A program made the position numbers and the translations under genes. From Candidatus Acidiferrales bacterium (GTDB taxonomy: Bacteria > Acidobacteriota > Terriglobia > Acidiferrales > UBA7541): a stretch of DNA of 64,000 nucleotides. The notes under the pieces were generated by a model. It searched no databases. It had not been told where the DNA came from and worked only from the letters and a program-made list of their open reading frames with translations. The number at the start of each line of letters is the position of its first letter. Within the stretch, counting starts at the first letter, position 1. Shown here piece by piece: positions 28,519 through 38,476 of the stretch. The stretch covers positions 3,469 to 67,468 of the forward strand of contig JASHRC010000067.1 of NCBI GenBank assembly GCA_030037525.1, in the 5' to 3' direction.

Positions 28519-29169
28519 ATGGAAATCCGCATCGAACTGCCCAAGGTCAAGCTCGGAATTGTCGAGGCCGATCAAGCGCGGGTCGCGCCCGCCGATCCCG
28601 CTCTTGCGCGCCTCATCGACGAGGTCTCCCGGCGCCGCAGCCGCCAAGGGACACTCGAGGGTTTGGCCGAAGCCGAGTCGACTGGCGCCGTGCGGGCCAT
28701 GTTTCGCGACTGGGGCGTCGATCCGTCCAAATATCGACCCTCCTCCGAGGCCCTGCTGCGCCGCATCATACAAGGCAAGGGCCTATACCGCGTGTTGAAT
28801 GTGGTAGATATCGGCAATCTCGGCTCGATCGAAGTCGGCTGGCCCTACGGCTGCTATGACCGCTCGCGAATTCATCCGCCCGTCGCATTTCGCGCCGGCC
28901 AGGCGGGCGAAACCTACGAAGGCATCGGCAAGCGCATCTGGCATCTCGCAGGCCGGCCCGTCCTCTCCGATACGGAGGGCCCTTTCGGCAGCCCCATCAG
29001 CGATTCCACCCGCACCATGATCACTTGGTCGACCCGCGACATCCTGGCCGTGATCTACGCCCCTTCGAGCGCTTCCCAGGCGGCACTGGAGGCCGCCCTC
29101 GGCTCACTCAGCCAACGCCTCCTGCAATTCGCCGGCGCGTCGGCCACACGTTGCCTGGTCTGCCTTTAA
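28519..29169 (+). CDS. B3/B4 tRNA-binding-domain protein (PheT B3_4-like, stand-alone)
   Basis: ...AVRAMFRDWGVDPSKYRPSSEALLRRIIQGKGLYRVLNVVDIGNLGSIEVGWPYGCYD...PFGSPISDS matches the B3/4 domain pattern. Confidence 0.65.
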   Translation: MEIRIELPKVKLGIVEADQARVAPADPALARLIDEVSRRRSRQGTLEGLAEAESTGAVRAMFRDWGVDPSKYRPSSEALLRRIIQGKGLYRVLNVVDIGNLGSIEVGWPYGCYDRSRIHPPVAFRAGQAGETYEGIGKRIWHLAGRPVLSDTEGPFGSPISDSTRTMITWSTRDILAVIYAPSSASQAALEAALGSLSQRLLQFAGASATRCLVCL

Positions 29170-29201
29170 TTTTCCGATGACATACATGGAAATCCTGAGG
29201 T

Positions 29202-31361
29202 GTGAAACTGCAGCTGATTCGGTTATCCTGTTTGGCAGGCCCGAGGTCCCCGGTGCCCAAATTTGAGCTTGTCCTTCTGATTCACGCCCACCAGCCGGTC
29301 GGCAATTTTGACGAAGTGCTTGAGCGCGCCTACGCAAATTCCTATCGCCCGTTCATTGACGTGCTCGAGCGCCATCCTGTGATCCGCATCGGGTTGCACT
29401 ATTCCGGCCCGCTGCTGGAATGGATCGAGGCCAAACATCCCGATTATTTTGAACGTGTGGGCAGATTGGTCGCACGCAAGCAAGTGGAAATGGTCGGTGG
29501 CGGATTCTACGAACCGATCCTGGTCACGATTCCTCCGGAAGATCGCCATGAGCAAATCACCCGTCTGGCCGATTACATCGAAAAGCATTTTCGCGTGCGG
29601 CCTCGCGGAGCCTGGATCGCCGAACGCGTTTGGGAGCCGCAGATTCCCTCCTGCCTTGCGCCGGCCGGCGTCGATTACACGCTGGTCGATGACAATCACT
29701 TTCTTGGCGCCGGCTTCGAGCTTGAGGAGCTGTACGGCTACCGACTCGCCGAGGATCTCGGCCACACCGTAAAGGTGCTGCCCGGCCTGAAGATTTTGCG
29801 CTACCTGATTCCCTTTCACGATGTCCCTGAGACGATCGACCTTCTTCGGAAGTGCGCGGGGACTCGTCCCGGGGGGTTAGCGGCGATGGGCGACGACCTG
29901 GAGAAGTTTGGCATCTGGCCCGGAACGAACGATCTCTGTTACCGACAAGGCTGGCTCGACCATTTCTTTGCCACCCTAGAGCAGAGCTCGGACTGGCTGG
30001 CCATCTGCCCGCCGGGCGAGGCCGTCGCCTCGCGCCCTCCGCTCGGCCGCGCCGACCTGCCCACCGCCTCCTATACGGAAATGATGGAGTGGTCGCTGCC
30101 TTCCCCCGCGCGCACGCGCTATCACGATTTGGTCGAGGAGTTCAGCTCGCGGCCCGACGCGTTGCCTTTCCTGCGTGGCGGGACCTGGCGCAACTTCTTC
30201 ACCAAATACCCCGAGTCCAACCGCATGCACAAGAAAATGCTGCTCGTCTCCGACAAGGTCCGCCGCCTGTCGCACAGCCGTCGCCGCGACAAGAATTTCG
30301 AGCAGGCGCGTGAGGAAGCCACCACGCTTCTGTTGCGCGGGCAGTGCAATGATCCGTATTGGCACGGAATCTTCGGCGGCCTCTACGCGCCCCATCTCCG
30401 CACGGCCGTGTGGACTGCCCTGGAACGCGCCGAATCCATCGCGGACGCCCTCTCCCATCGCAAAAAACAGTTTGCGGAAGAAACCAGGCTCGATTTCAAC
30501 GCCGACGGCCGCGAGGAGATTTATTTCACCTCCGACCGCTATGCCGCTCTGCTGGCTCCCGGTGACGGCGCCACGATCTCCGCTCTCGACTTTCGTCCGC
30601 CCAATATCACGTTGATCAACTCTCTCACTCGCCGCCCGGAGAGCTATCACGCCAAGCTGCGAGCTCTTTCCGAAAAACGGCCCGACGGCGTGCATTCCAT
30701 CCACGAACAGACTCGCGCCAAGGAGGAAGGGCTCGATCGCTGGCTCCTCTACGATCGCTGGCCAAGACACGCCTTCCGCCTGCTTCTTTTCGGCCCCGCA
30801 AAAACGCAGCAGGATTACGCGTGGCTCAGTCTGGAGGAAGACCCCGCGCTTGCGGCCGGCCACTATCGGATCCTCGATTCGTCGGCAACACAGGTGGCGC
30901 TGGCCTCGGAATGCAGCCGCGATTGGCCGCTCGAAAAGAGATTCACCTTCGCTCCCACCGACCGGGGCTTCGAGATCAGCTGTGATCTAGGTTTGCGCCG
31001 CGAAGCGCCCGGCACCGCTTCGGTGTACGTCGGACTGGAAGTCGTGCTCAATTTCCTTGCGCCTTCGGCTCCAGATCGCTATTTCGAGTCCGATGGCAAG
31101 CGTTTTCCGCTGCGCTGGTCTGCTGCGGCTCCCGGAGAGGAGCTGCGCGTTGTGGACGAATGGCAGCACGTCGCCGTGGCACTTCGTGCCCCCTCCGCGC
31201 GTTGCTTCTGGATTGCCCCGATTGAAACTGTGTCCGAATCAGAAGACGGCTTCGAGCGAATCTACCAGGGCTCTCAGATCCTGGCCCTCTGGCCGGTCGA
31301 ACTCGCGCAAGGCGCCCAATGGCAGGGCCAACTTACAGCCCAGGCTCAGACCCTTACTTAG
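29202..31361 (+). CDS. GH57-family alpha-amylase/4-alpha-glucanotransferase-like protein with C-terminal DUF1926-like region
   Basis: LLIHAHQPVGNFDEVLERAYANSYRPFIDVLERHP..IGLHYSGPLLEWIE, ...WIAERVWEP..., DDLEKFGIWPG. The outermost start is GTG 29202. In-frame GTG 29253 gives a more typical N-terminus. Confidence 0.8.
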   Translation: MKLQLIRLSCLAGPRSPVPKFELVLLIHAHQPVGNFDEVLERAYANSYRPFIDVLERHPVIRIGLHYSGPLLEWIEAKHPDYFERVGRLVARKQVEMVGGGFYEPILVTIPPEDRHEQITRLADYIEKHFRVRPRGAWIAERVWEPQIPSCLAPAGVDYTLVDDNHFLGAGFELEELYGYRLAEDLGHTVKVLPGLKILRYLIPFHDVPETIDLLRKCAGTRPGGLAAMGDDLEKFGIWPGTNDLCYRQGWLDHFFATLEQSSDWLAICPPGEAVASRPPLGRADLPTASYTEMMEWSLPSPARTRYHDLVEEFSSRPDALPFLRGGTWRNFFTKYPESNRMHKKMLLVSDKVRRLSHSRRRDKNFEQAREEATTLLLRGQCNDPYWHGIFGGLYAPHLRTAVWTALERAESIADALSHRKKQFAEETRLDFNADGREEIYFTSDRYAALLAPGDGATISALDFRPPNITLINSLTRRPESYHAKLRALSEKRPDGVHSIHEQTRAKEEGLDRWLLYDRWPRHAFRLLLFGPAKTQQDYAWLSLEEDPALAAGHYRILDSSATQVALASECSRDWPLEKRFTFAPTDRGFEISCDLGLRREAPGTASVYVGLEVVLNFLAPSAPDRYFESDGKRFPLRWSAAAPGEELRVVDEWQHVAVALRAPSARCFWIAPIETVSESEDGFERIYQGSQILALWPVELAQGAQWQGQLTAQAQTLT

Positions 31362-31487
31362 AGGCCATCCGATTACGGCTCGGCACTTACGGAGGGGGGA
31401 CTCAGGCGGCGTCCGGTTCGGCGGGCCATTGGTGCGCCAGGCCATGCTTTGCTAGACTGCCCTTTCGACTCCAATGGGAGGATCGGC

Positions 31488-31661
31488 ATGGCCGTTGCGA
31501 AGGAACTGCTCGACATCCTTGTTTGCCCGCTCTGCAGAACGCCTGTCAAAACAACGCCCGATCAGAAGGGCTTGAAGTGCACCACCTGCCACCGCGTGTA
31601 TCCCATTCGCGACGATATTCCCATCATGCTGATCGACGAAGCCCGCCCAGAACCCGACTAG
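31488..31661 (+). CDS. Trm112/YcaR (UPF0434) family small zinc-ribbon protein
   Basis: LLDILVCPLCRTPVKTTPDQKGLKCTTCHRVYPIRDDIPIMLIDEA. GGGAGG lies about 8 nt upstream of ATG 31488. Confidence 0.85.
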   Translation: MAVAKELLDILVCPLCRTPVKTTPDQKGLKCTTCHRVYPIRDDIPIMLIDEARPEPD

Positions 31662-31696
31662 CTTCGCCGGTCGGAGGTCGAGCGAGAGGCACCTGC

Positions 31697-32149
31697 CTAA
31701 TCTTCCAGTGGAAACCCGATGGACTGGTCGCTATATTCAACTCGCAGCTTCAATTCCTTGGTCTTGGCTTGTTTGACGAAATCGTCCTTCTCCGGGAAGG
31801 GCTGATAAGGACTTACCTCGACCACTACGTCGACGCACGTGCAGCCTTTCGGGTGATCAGTATCCTTCACATTAAAACTCTTCACCGGGCCGTAGTATCC
31901 ATCCGGTCCCCAATCTTCCAAAAAGCGATCGAACGTATAGGAAGACGTTGGCTTCCAGATCTGATAGGCATGCTGCATGTTGCCGGCCTCGACAGCACGT
32001 AGAAAATGGTAAACGGTCACTTTCTCGGTGTGATAGCGCAGCAGCCACCATAACCCGATGCTGCCCAGGACGACGAACACGGCCGTCATGATCAGGCGGC
32101 GCTTCAGCTTTGACGGCGGACGTTCCGGAGTTGCGTCCAATAACCCCAC
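31697..32149 (-). CDS. hypothetical membrane-anchored protein (last gene of the ABC export operon)
   Basis: Basic stretch KLKRRLI followed by one TM helix MTAVFVVLGSIGLWWLL, then a soluble ~100-aa domain. GTG 32149 lies 11 nt after the permease stop; alternative ATG at 32089. I recognise no family motif. Confidence 0.5.
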   Translation of the reverse strand: MGLLDATPERPPSKLKRRLIMTAVFVVLGSIGLWWLLRYHTEKVTVYHFLRAVEAGNMQHAYQIWKPTSSYTFDRFLEDWGPDGYYGPVKSFNVKDTDHPKGCTCVDVVVEVSPYQPFPEKDDFVKQAKTKELKLRVEYSDQSIGFPLED

Positions 32150-32160
32150 GGTGGGGCCTC

Positions 32161-33279
32161 TCACAGTTGACGTTTGAACAGCGTGATGCTCGACGCCACC
32201 ATGATAGCCGAGAAGCCGCCCAGAATCAGAATGTCCATATAAATGCCGGCCAGTCCGGTGTCCTTCAGGGTCAAATTGCGCAGCGCGTGCACGGTATAGG
32301 TGAAGGGGTCGATCACCGAGATCCATCGCAGCCAGGGGGGAAATGCTTCGGTCGGATACACGGCGCCCGAGGGGAAAAACAGCAACATGTTCAGCACGCC
32401 GAAAATTGCGCGGGGCACCAGCGGATCATCCACGCGCACCATCACCAGAAACATCAGGCTGATCATCGCCAGCGATGCCGTCGCAATCACCGCCGCGAGA
32501 TAGACGAGCCGCACCGGGTCCCAAATGCGAGGAATTCCCGCGATGAGTCCGCCGATGATAGCCAGCGACATCCCGGCCATGAACGCCTTGATGGTCCCCG
32601 CCCCGATCAGCCCGCCAATCAGCTCGGTCTTCTTGATCGGCGTGAGTAGGTAGCCCTCGTGCAGCCCGCGCATTTTGTCATCGATGTAGGTGATGCCGCC
32701 CCCGATCATCGCGGTTATAAAAATCGCCATGGCCGTCGAGCCGGAAAGCAGGTATTTGATGTACTCGACGTAGGGGTAGATCTCGACGATGTTCAGCTCC
32801 ACCTGCTGTTCGAGCCGCGGCTCAACGTCCTTCGCATTGAGCGCGTCGGTCATCTGCTGCACGCGCTCGAGGATCGCGCTGGAAATAAATTGGTCGCTAT
32901 TGTCCTCGGTGAAGACCACGCGCGGACGGTCCTGCTGGTAGTAGCGGCGCGAGAAATCGTGCGGGATATCGACCACGCCGCGCACAAACCCCTCGCGCAA
33001 ATCATCGATCGCGCGCGCGAGTGAATTGTAGTGAATCACACGGAAGGTCTCGGGCCCGGCGGAGATCCCCTCAAACATTTCTTCCACGCGCCGCGACTCG
33101 ACCGAGTGATCCTCGTCGACGACGGCGATGGTGGCACCCTTGATTTTTCCGCCAAAGGCGTAGCCCAGCACCACCAGCTGCACCAGGGGAAAAATCAGGG
33201 AACTCAGCATCAGCGCCGGGCTGCGGAAAAACTTCCGCATATCCCGTTCAATCAGCGCCAAGATTCGAGCCAGCTTCAT
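32161..33279 (-). CDS. ABC-2 type transporter permease
   Basis: MKLARILALIERDMRKFFRSPALMLSSLIFPLVQL, a large extracytoplasmic loop, then 5 C-terminal TM helices. ATG 33279 verified. The track extension overlaps the ATPase gene. Confidence 0.85.
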   Translation of the reverse strand: MKLARILALIERDMRKFFRSPALMLSSLIFPLVQLVVLGYAFGGKIKGATIAVVDEDHSVESRRVEEMFEGISAGPETFRVIHYNSLARAIDDLREGFVRGVVDIPHDFSRRYYQQDRPRVVFTEDNSDQFISSAILERVQQMTDALNAKDVEPRLEQQVELNIVEIYPYVEYIKYLLSGSTAMAIFITAMIGGGITYIDDKMRGLHEGYLLTPIKKTELIGGLIGAGTIKAFMAGMSLAIIGGLIAGIPRIWDPVRLVYLAAVIATASLAMISLMFLVMVRVDDPLVPRAIFGVLNMLLFFPSGAVYPTEAFPPWLRWISVIDPFTYTVHALRNLTLKDTGLAGIYMDILILGGFSAIMVASSITLFKRQL

Positions 33280-33313
33280 CGCTTCGCTCCGTCCGAACGG
33301 CTTTCCACGGCGG

Positions 33314-34291
33314 CTACCGCGCAAACGGACTTTGGTAGGTCGGTTTCTGCGGTTGATCGCGCAGTGCGCTGCCCGTGTAATGCAAGAACACGTCATCGAG
33401 CGTGGTGCTCTCGACCGACACTCTCTTCACCGTTACGCGTCGCGCGCGCGCCGTATCCATCAATGCTGCCACCGTGGCCGGACCGTCCTGCGAAGTGATG
33501 TGAAACACGCCGTCGTGCTCGGCAACCCCCGTGGCATGGTCGAGGGCCCGCAGCTGGCTGACCCAGTCGGCCGGCGGGGCGTCGAATTCTGCTTGCACAA
33601 TCTCGCTGCCGGGCACGCTGTCCTTCAGCCGCACCGGGGTATCGAGCGCGACCAGCTTGCCATGATCGACAATCGCGATCCGGTCGCACAGTTTGTCGGC
33701 CTCTTCCATGTAGTGCGTGGTCAGCAGGATAGTCAATTCCGATCTGTCGCGCAGGGAGCGGATCTTGTCCCACACGTGCGCGCGAGAAACGGGATCGAGC
33801 CCGCTGGTGGGCTCGTCGAGAAACATGATCTTCGGCGAATGCACCAGCCCGCGCGCGATTTCCAGGCGCCGCCGCATGCCGCCCGAAAACGTTTTCACCA
33901 GCGCGTCCCGGAACTTCAGCAGCTCGACCGACCCCAGCAGCTCATCGATGAGCGCATCTCTTCGCGCCGCCGAAACGCCGTAGAGCTTGGCGTGAATCAT
34001 CATGTTTTCCTTGGCTGTCAGCTCGGGATCGGATGTAAAGGCTTGGGGAATGACGCCCAGAGTTCGCCGCACGCCGTCGGCGTCATCGCGAATATCGTGC
34101 CCGTCCACTCGCGCTGTGCCGGAAGTGGGAGGTGTCAGGGTGGTCAGGATGCGGATCAGAGTGGTCTTCCCCGCCCCGTTCGGCCCCAGCAGGCCGAAAA
34201 TCTCCCGCTGCGCGACGTGGAAGCTCACGTCGTTTACGGCCGTGAGCTCGCCAAACTTCTTGGTCACATGATCCACTTCAATCGCGTTCAT
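33314..34291 (-). CDS. ABC transporter ATP-binding protein (DrrA/ABC-2 subfamily)
   Basis: Walker A GLLGPNGAGKTTLIRIL, signature FSGGMRRRLEIARGL, Walker B IMFLDEPTSGLD. Confidence 0.9.
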   Translation of the reverse strand: MNAIEVDHVTKKFGELTAVNDVSFHVAQREIFGLLGPNGAGKTTLIRILTTLTPPTSGTARVDGHDIRDDADGVRRTLGVIPQAFTSDPELTAKENMMIHAKLYGVSAARRDALIDELLGSVELLKFRDALVKTFSGGMRRRLEIARGLVHSPKIMFLDEPTSGLDPVSRAHVWDKIRSLRDRSELTILLTTHYMEEADKLCDRIAIVDHGKLVALDTPVRLKDSVPGSEIVQAEFDAPPADWVSQLRALDHATGVAEHDGVFHITSQDGPATVAALMDTARARRVTVKRVSVESTTLDDVFLHYTGSALRDQPQKPTYQSPFAR

Positions 34292-34318
34292 GGGTCCGTC
34301 GCCAGCCGATCGCGGCCC

Positions 34319-35395
34319 CTACAGCTTTGCAAACCAGCGTTTCTTCTCCGGGGGAGGCAACAAGACCGTGGCGGTCATCCCGGTGAAGAGGTTGTGGTCC
34401 GGATTCGGAACGGAAACCTTGATGGCGAACGTCTTCACGTCGCGCTTGGTTCGGCTCACGTCGCGCTGGGTCGCAAAATCGTTCTCCACGCCCTTGAAGA
34501 ACACCTGCCCCTGCAACACGTCGCCTGACGGGAGCCGCACGCGTAGGGTTTGCCCGAATCGCACCGAATCGATGTAGCTTTCCTCCACGTCCGCGCGCAC
34601 CCACAGATGGTCGACGTCCACAACGACGACAATGGGCGCCCCTTGCGCAACGACTTCCCCTTCCTTCGCCACCCGCACGGACACAATGCCGTCAATCGGT
34701 GAATAGATTCGCGTGTAGCCGAGCTGCGTCTCGGTTTCCGCCGCCGTGGCCCGCGCCTGCTCGAGTTGCGCGAGCGTTGTCGCAATTTCCGCGCTGCGCA
34801 CGTCCACCTGCTTGCGGTTGGCGCGCGCCAGGGCCAGAGCGGCCTCCTGCGCGCCCACCGAATCTTCGAGCGATTTCACATTGGCTTGGGAAGCCTTGAG
34901 CGTGGCCTCCGCGTGGTCCCGGTCCTGCGCCGATTCCACGCCGCTGTCGAAAAGCCGTTGAACCCGGTCGTAATCGGTCTGGTCGCGCCACAGGTTGGCC
35001 CGCGCCTGCTCGAGCTGCGCACGCGTCGACGTCAGCATGGACTCCGCCTGTTTCAGTGACGCGTCGGTGGTATCGTTGGTCAGCGCATAATTGTGATTCG
35101 CTTCATTCACCTGGGCCTTTAAACTCTCGACGTTCGCCTGGGCCGCCGCCAGACCGGACTGAAGTTCTCTGGGATCGAGTTCGGCGATCAAATCGCCTTT
35201 CTTCAGCTGCGAGCCTTCATCGACCGTCAGCTGGATGATTCGCCCCATGATCTGCGGGCTGACGATCACCTCGTTGCCATCCACGATGCCCGTCAGCGGG
35301 ATTTCTTTGCCGTGCGGGGTCGTGTAAAGATAGAAAACGAGCGCGATGAGAAAGACCACTCCGATAATCGCGAACGACCGCCAGCTTTGCTTCAT
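34319..35395 (-). CDS. HlyD-family periplasmic adaptor (membrane fusion protein)
   Basis: N-terminal TM anchor SFAIIGVVFLIALVFYL, a long coiled-coil (LQSGLAAAQANVESLKAQV...LEQARANL), then a beta-barrel segment (YTRIYSPIDGIVS). 4-nt overlap with the tetR stop. Confidence 0.85.
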   Translation of the reverse strand: MKQSWRSFAIIGVVFLIALVFYLYTTPHGKEIPLTGIVDGNEVIVSPQIMGRIIQLTVDEGSQLKKGDLIAELDPRELQSGLAAAQANVESLKAQVNEANHNYALTNDTTDASLKQAESMLTSTRAQLEQARANLWRDQTDYDRVQRLFDSGVESAQDRDHAEATLKASQANVKSLEDSVGAQEAALALARANRKQVDVRSAEIATTLAQLEQARATAAETETQLGYTRIYSPIDGIVSVRVAKEGEVVAQGAPIVVVVDVDHLWVRADVEESYIDSVRFGQTLRVRLPSGDVLQGQVFFKGVENDFATQRDVSRTKRDVKTFAIKVSVPNPDHNLFTGMTATVLLPPPEKKRWFAKL

Positions 35396-36030
35396 CTGTT
35401 CCTTGCTCCGTTACGGGAGACGGCATGGCGCAGGAAATCCAGAAGCGCCTGTTTCCGCGCGGCCACCGCTTCCGGCGCCAGAAGATCGCGTCCGACTACC
35501 CGGCTCAGGATCGGCGCGGCCGCAAAATAGGAAGTGGTCATCTGCAAGGTCATCAGCGCCGTTTGGTCGGGATCCACATGCCGAAATTCGTCTCTGGCCA
35601 CGCCCTCCTCGACCATGCGCGCAAACTCCTGATGCAAGGGGCGGAAGAACTCCTTCACCATCCAGTCAAACCCGCGTCCTGCTTCCATGGCCTGCCGCTG
35701 CACCAGACGCGGATAGTTTGGATGGGTCGCCAGAAAATCGAAATAGCCGCTCACTCCTGCGAAAAACCGCTTGCGGGGCGGCAGGCTCCGCTTGGGCACC
35801 GAGAAAACGGCGGCGCGCAGTTGACGAAGCAGATTCTCCAGCACGGCGCGATGCAGGCGGCGCTTGTTGCCGAAGTAGTAGTAGAGCATCGCCTTGTTGG
35901 CGTGTGCGGCCATGGCAATTTCGTCGGTGCGAGCCCCGGCGAGTCCTTGAGCGGCGAAATGCTGCTCCGCCGCCGCCAGAATTCGCCGCGCGGTCGCCGG
36001 GTCCTGGACTCTTCTACGCCCTCGCGCCAT
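35392..36030 (-). CDS. TetR/AcrR-family transcriptional regulator
   Basis: N-terminal HTH ARRILAAAEQHFAAQGLAGARTDEIAMAAHANKAMLYYYFGNKRRLH. Confidence 0.9.
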   Translation of the reverse strand: MARGRRRVQDPATARRILAAAEQHFAAQGLAGARTDEIAMAAHANKAMLYYYFGNKRRLHRAVLENLLRQLRAAVFSVPKRSLPPRKRFFAGVSGYFDFLATHPNYPRLVQRQAMEAGRGFDWMVKEFFRPLHQEFARMVEEGVARDEFRHVDPDQTALMTLQMTTSYFAAAPILSRVVGRDLLAPEAVAARKQALLDFLRHAVSRNGARNR

Positions 36031-36037
36031 GTTTGTT

Positions 36038-37021
36038 TCAAACTCCCAGCCGGTTCATGTACTCCTCAGGGTAGCGCGCGCCGACCGCAACTCCCCGCGG
36101 AAAGGCTTGATCTAACCGTTCCAGATCGCTCTGGCTGAGCTTCAGGTCGAGTGCGCCCAGGTTTTGATCCAGATAAGTTCGGCGCTTGGTACCGGGAATC
36201 GGGACGATGTCCTCACCCTGCGCCAAGACCCATGCCAGCGCCAGCTGCGCGGGCGTCGAGTGCTTCTCGGCGGCTATCTCCTCGACGCGCCTCACCAGCG
36301 CCAAATTCCTCTGAAAATTTTCCCCCTGGAAACGCGGTGAGATTCGCCGGAAATCCTTCGGCCCGAATTCCGCACTCTTCACCTGTCCGGTCAGAATCCC
36401 GCGCCCCAGCGGGCTGTAAGCAACCAGTCCAATGTGCAGCTCGCGGCAGGTGTCCAGAATTTCCCCTTCCGGATCGCGCGTCCACAGCGAATACTCGCTC
36501 TGCAGCGCGGTGATCGGGTGAGTCGCGTGCGCGCGGCGGATGGTTTTCGCGCCCGCCTCCGACAGGCCCAGGTAACGGACCTTGCCTTGCTCGACCAGTC
36601 GCGCCATGGCGCCGATGGTGTCCTCGATCGGCACCGACGTATCCACCCGATGCAGATAAAACAGATCGATGGTCGAGATCCCCAGCCGCTTCAGACTCGC
36701 CTCGCACGCCTGCATGACGTATTCAGGTTTGCCGTTCACGCCCAGAAAGCGCCCGTCCGGGTTACGCATGTTGCCGAATTTTGTCGCCAGGATCACTTCG
36801 TTGCGGCGCTTGGCCAGCACGTGCGAAAGCAGCTCCTCGTTTGCGCCCCCGCCGTACATGTCGGCTGTATCCAGCAGGGTGATCCCGCGGTCGATGGCGT
36901 GGTCGACGGTGGCCAGAGACTCCGCGTCATCGGGGGTTCCGTAGGATTGCGACATTCCCATGCAGCCCAGCCCCAGCGCGGACACCACCAGCGAGCTTTT
37001 TCCCAGGCGGCGGTATTGCAT
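36038..37021 (-). CDS. aldo/keto reductase
   Basis: [28 protein letters not shown]..., DTADMYG, and 327 aa. Lies 7 nt upstream of tetR on the same strand. Confidence 0.9.
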   Translation of the reverse strand: MQYRRLGKSSLVVSALGLGCMGMSQSYGTPDDAESLATVDHAIDRGITLLDTADMYGGGANEELLSHVLAKRRNEVILATKFGNMRNPDGRFLGVNGKPEYVMQACEASLKRLGISTIDLFYLHRVDTSVPIEDTIGAMARLVEQGKVRYLGLSEAGAKTIRRAHATHPITALQSEYSLWTRDPEGEILDTCRELHIGLVAYSPLGRGILTGQVKSAEFGPKDFRRISPRFQGENFQRNLALVRRVEEIAAEKHSTPAQLALAWVLAQGEDIVPIPGTKRRTYLDQNLGALDLKLSQSDLERLDQAFPRGVAVGARYPEEYMNRLGV

Positions 37022-37052
37022 GACAGCCTCCCCCCGGCAGCCTTATTTCTTC

Positions 37053-37068
37053 AACTAACCAGTTAGTT
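37053..37068. promoter_or_regulatory. perfect inverted repeat AACTAAC-CA-GTTAGTT, candidate TetR operator
   Basis: Read directly from the sequence. Lies 32-47 nt upstream of the AKR start codon (37021, minus strand), in an unusually AT-rich patch (cttatttcttcaactaaccagttagtttaatgatt). Confidence 0.45.
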
Positions 37069-37183
37069 TAATGATTGGCTGGAGCGATTGTCAAGCACGT
37101 CGCAAACGGAGGCCTTCGGGCCGAGCCCCACGAGACCCGACCTCCCGCGCATGCGCTCGCGTCGAGCCCCCGGTCTGGAGCGG

Positions 37184-38317
37184 CTAAGCTTCCAGGGCGC
37201 CGGCGGCGCCGGGGGGAAGCTCGATCGAGTACTTGGTGCGAGATTTTTCGCGGTGCCGCTCGAAGGCCAATTCGATGAGGTGGTCAATCAGTTTCCGATA
37301 GGGCAAGCCAGAAGCTTCCCACAGTTTCGGGTACATGCTGATGGAAGTAAAGCCGGGAATGGTATTCAGCTCATTGACGAAGATTTTTCCGGTTTTCTTT
37401 TCCAGGAAGAAATCGCAGCGAGCCATGCCGGCACCATCGATCGCACGAAACGCGCGGATGGCGAAATCCTGGAATGTGGCGACCTGCTTTTTCGTCAGCG
37501 GCGCCGGAATCAACAGGCGGGTTCCCGGTTCGAGATACTTAGCGGTGTAATCGTAAAACTCCCGGTGTGGCAGAATTTCGCCGGGAATCGAAGCACGCAT
37601 TTCGCGATTGCCCAGAACCGAGACTTCGATCTCGCGCGCCGTGACCGAACGCTCCACCAGAATCTTCAACCCGAATTCCGCCGCCAGATCCAGTGCCGCG
37701 GGAAGTTCACGCGCTGTCTTCACCCGCGTCATTCCCAGCGAAGAGCCGAGCGTTGCCGGCTTCACGAAAACCGGGAATTTGAACTTCCTTTTGATCGCCG
37801 CGATCACCCTCGACCGGTTCTCTTCCCACTCTGAACGCTTCACCGCCAGGAAGGAAACCACCGGCAAGCCGGCCTCGGCAAACAGGCGCTTTTGAACGTC
37901 TTTGTCCATGCCCACGGCGGATGCCAGGACTCCGGCGCCGACGTACGGCAAGCCCGCCAGCTCCAGCAGGCCTTGCACGGTCCCATCTTCACCAAACGTG
38001 CCATGCAAAACGGGGAATACCACGTCGACGGCAACGCGCGCAGAGTCCGGTGATCGAGAAACGGGCAGCAGAGCGGCGGCAGTCGGATCGGGCGGCAGCA
38101 GGACACGTTCGCCGGACTCGAGAACCTCGGGCAGCATTTTTTCCGCGCCCGTGCCGACCAGCCAGCGGCCGTCTTTGGTGATACCGATGGGCACGGCTTC
38201 ATATTTTTCCGGATCGAGCGCGCGAATCACCGATGCGGCAGAGGCCACAGACACTTCATGCTCGCCAGAGCGCCCGCCGAAAATTACGCCAACTCGTAGT
38301 CGCTTATTAGAAGTCAA
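37184..38317 (-). CDS. ddl: D-alanine--D-alanine ligase
   Basis: RVGVIFGGRSGEHEVSVASA, GEDGTVQGLLELAGLPYVG, and ATP-grasp C-terminal motifs (...VNELNTIPGFT). The start at 38317 is TTG. Confidence 0.9.
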   Translation of the reverse strand: MTSNKRLRVGVIFGGRSGEHEVSVASAASVIRALDPEKYEAVPIGITKDGRWLVGTGAEKMLPEVLESGERVLLPPDPTAAALLPVSRSPDSARVAVDVVFPVLHGTFGEDGTVQGLLELAGLPYVGAGVLASAVGMDKDVQKRLFAEAGLPVVSFLAVKRSEWEENRSRVIAAIKRKFKFPVFVKPATLGSSLGMTRVKTARELPAALDLAAEFGLKILVERSVTAREIEVSVLGNREMRASIPGEILPHREFYDYTAKYLEPGTRLLIPAPLTKKQVATFQDFAIRAFRAIDGAGMARCDFFLEKKTGKIFVNELNTIPGFTSISMYPKLWEASGLPYRKLIDHLIELAFERHREKSRTKYSIELPPGAAGALEA

Positions 38318-38476
38318 CTTGAATCTCGCCTGGGTCGAACTCCCTTTGTATGCCCGACGCCAGCCGATTGCGAGCCAAGACGAAGTCGGTGATGCTCATT
38401 CAAACAACGCAAGGCAGCCTCGGCGAAATCGGGCCCGAGGCAAGCAGGCTTGGCCGGGCAAGGGCTTGTGGTGCCC

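Noticed and set aside
31697-35395. HlyD + ABC + ABC-2 genes as a bacteriocin/lantibiotic export or immunity locus
   Set aside because: I saw no precursor-peptide ORF, peptidase-C39 domain or modification enzyme in or around the operon. The TetR/AKR context fits small-molecule efflux better.
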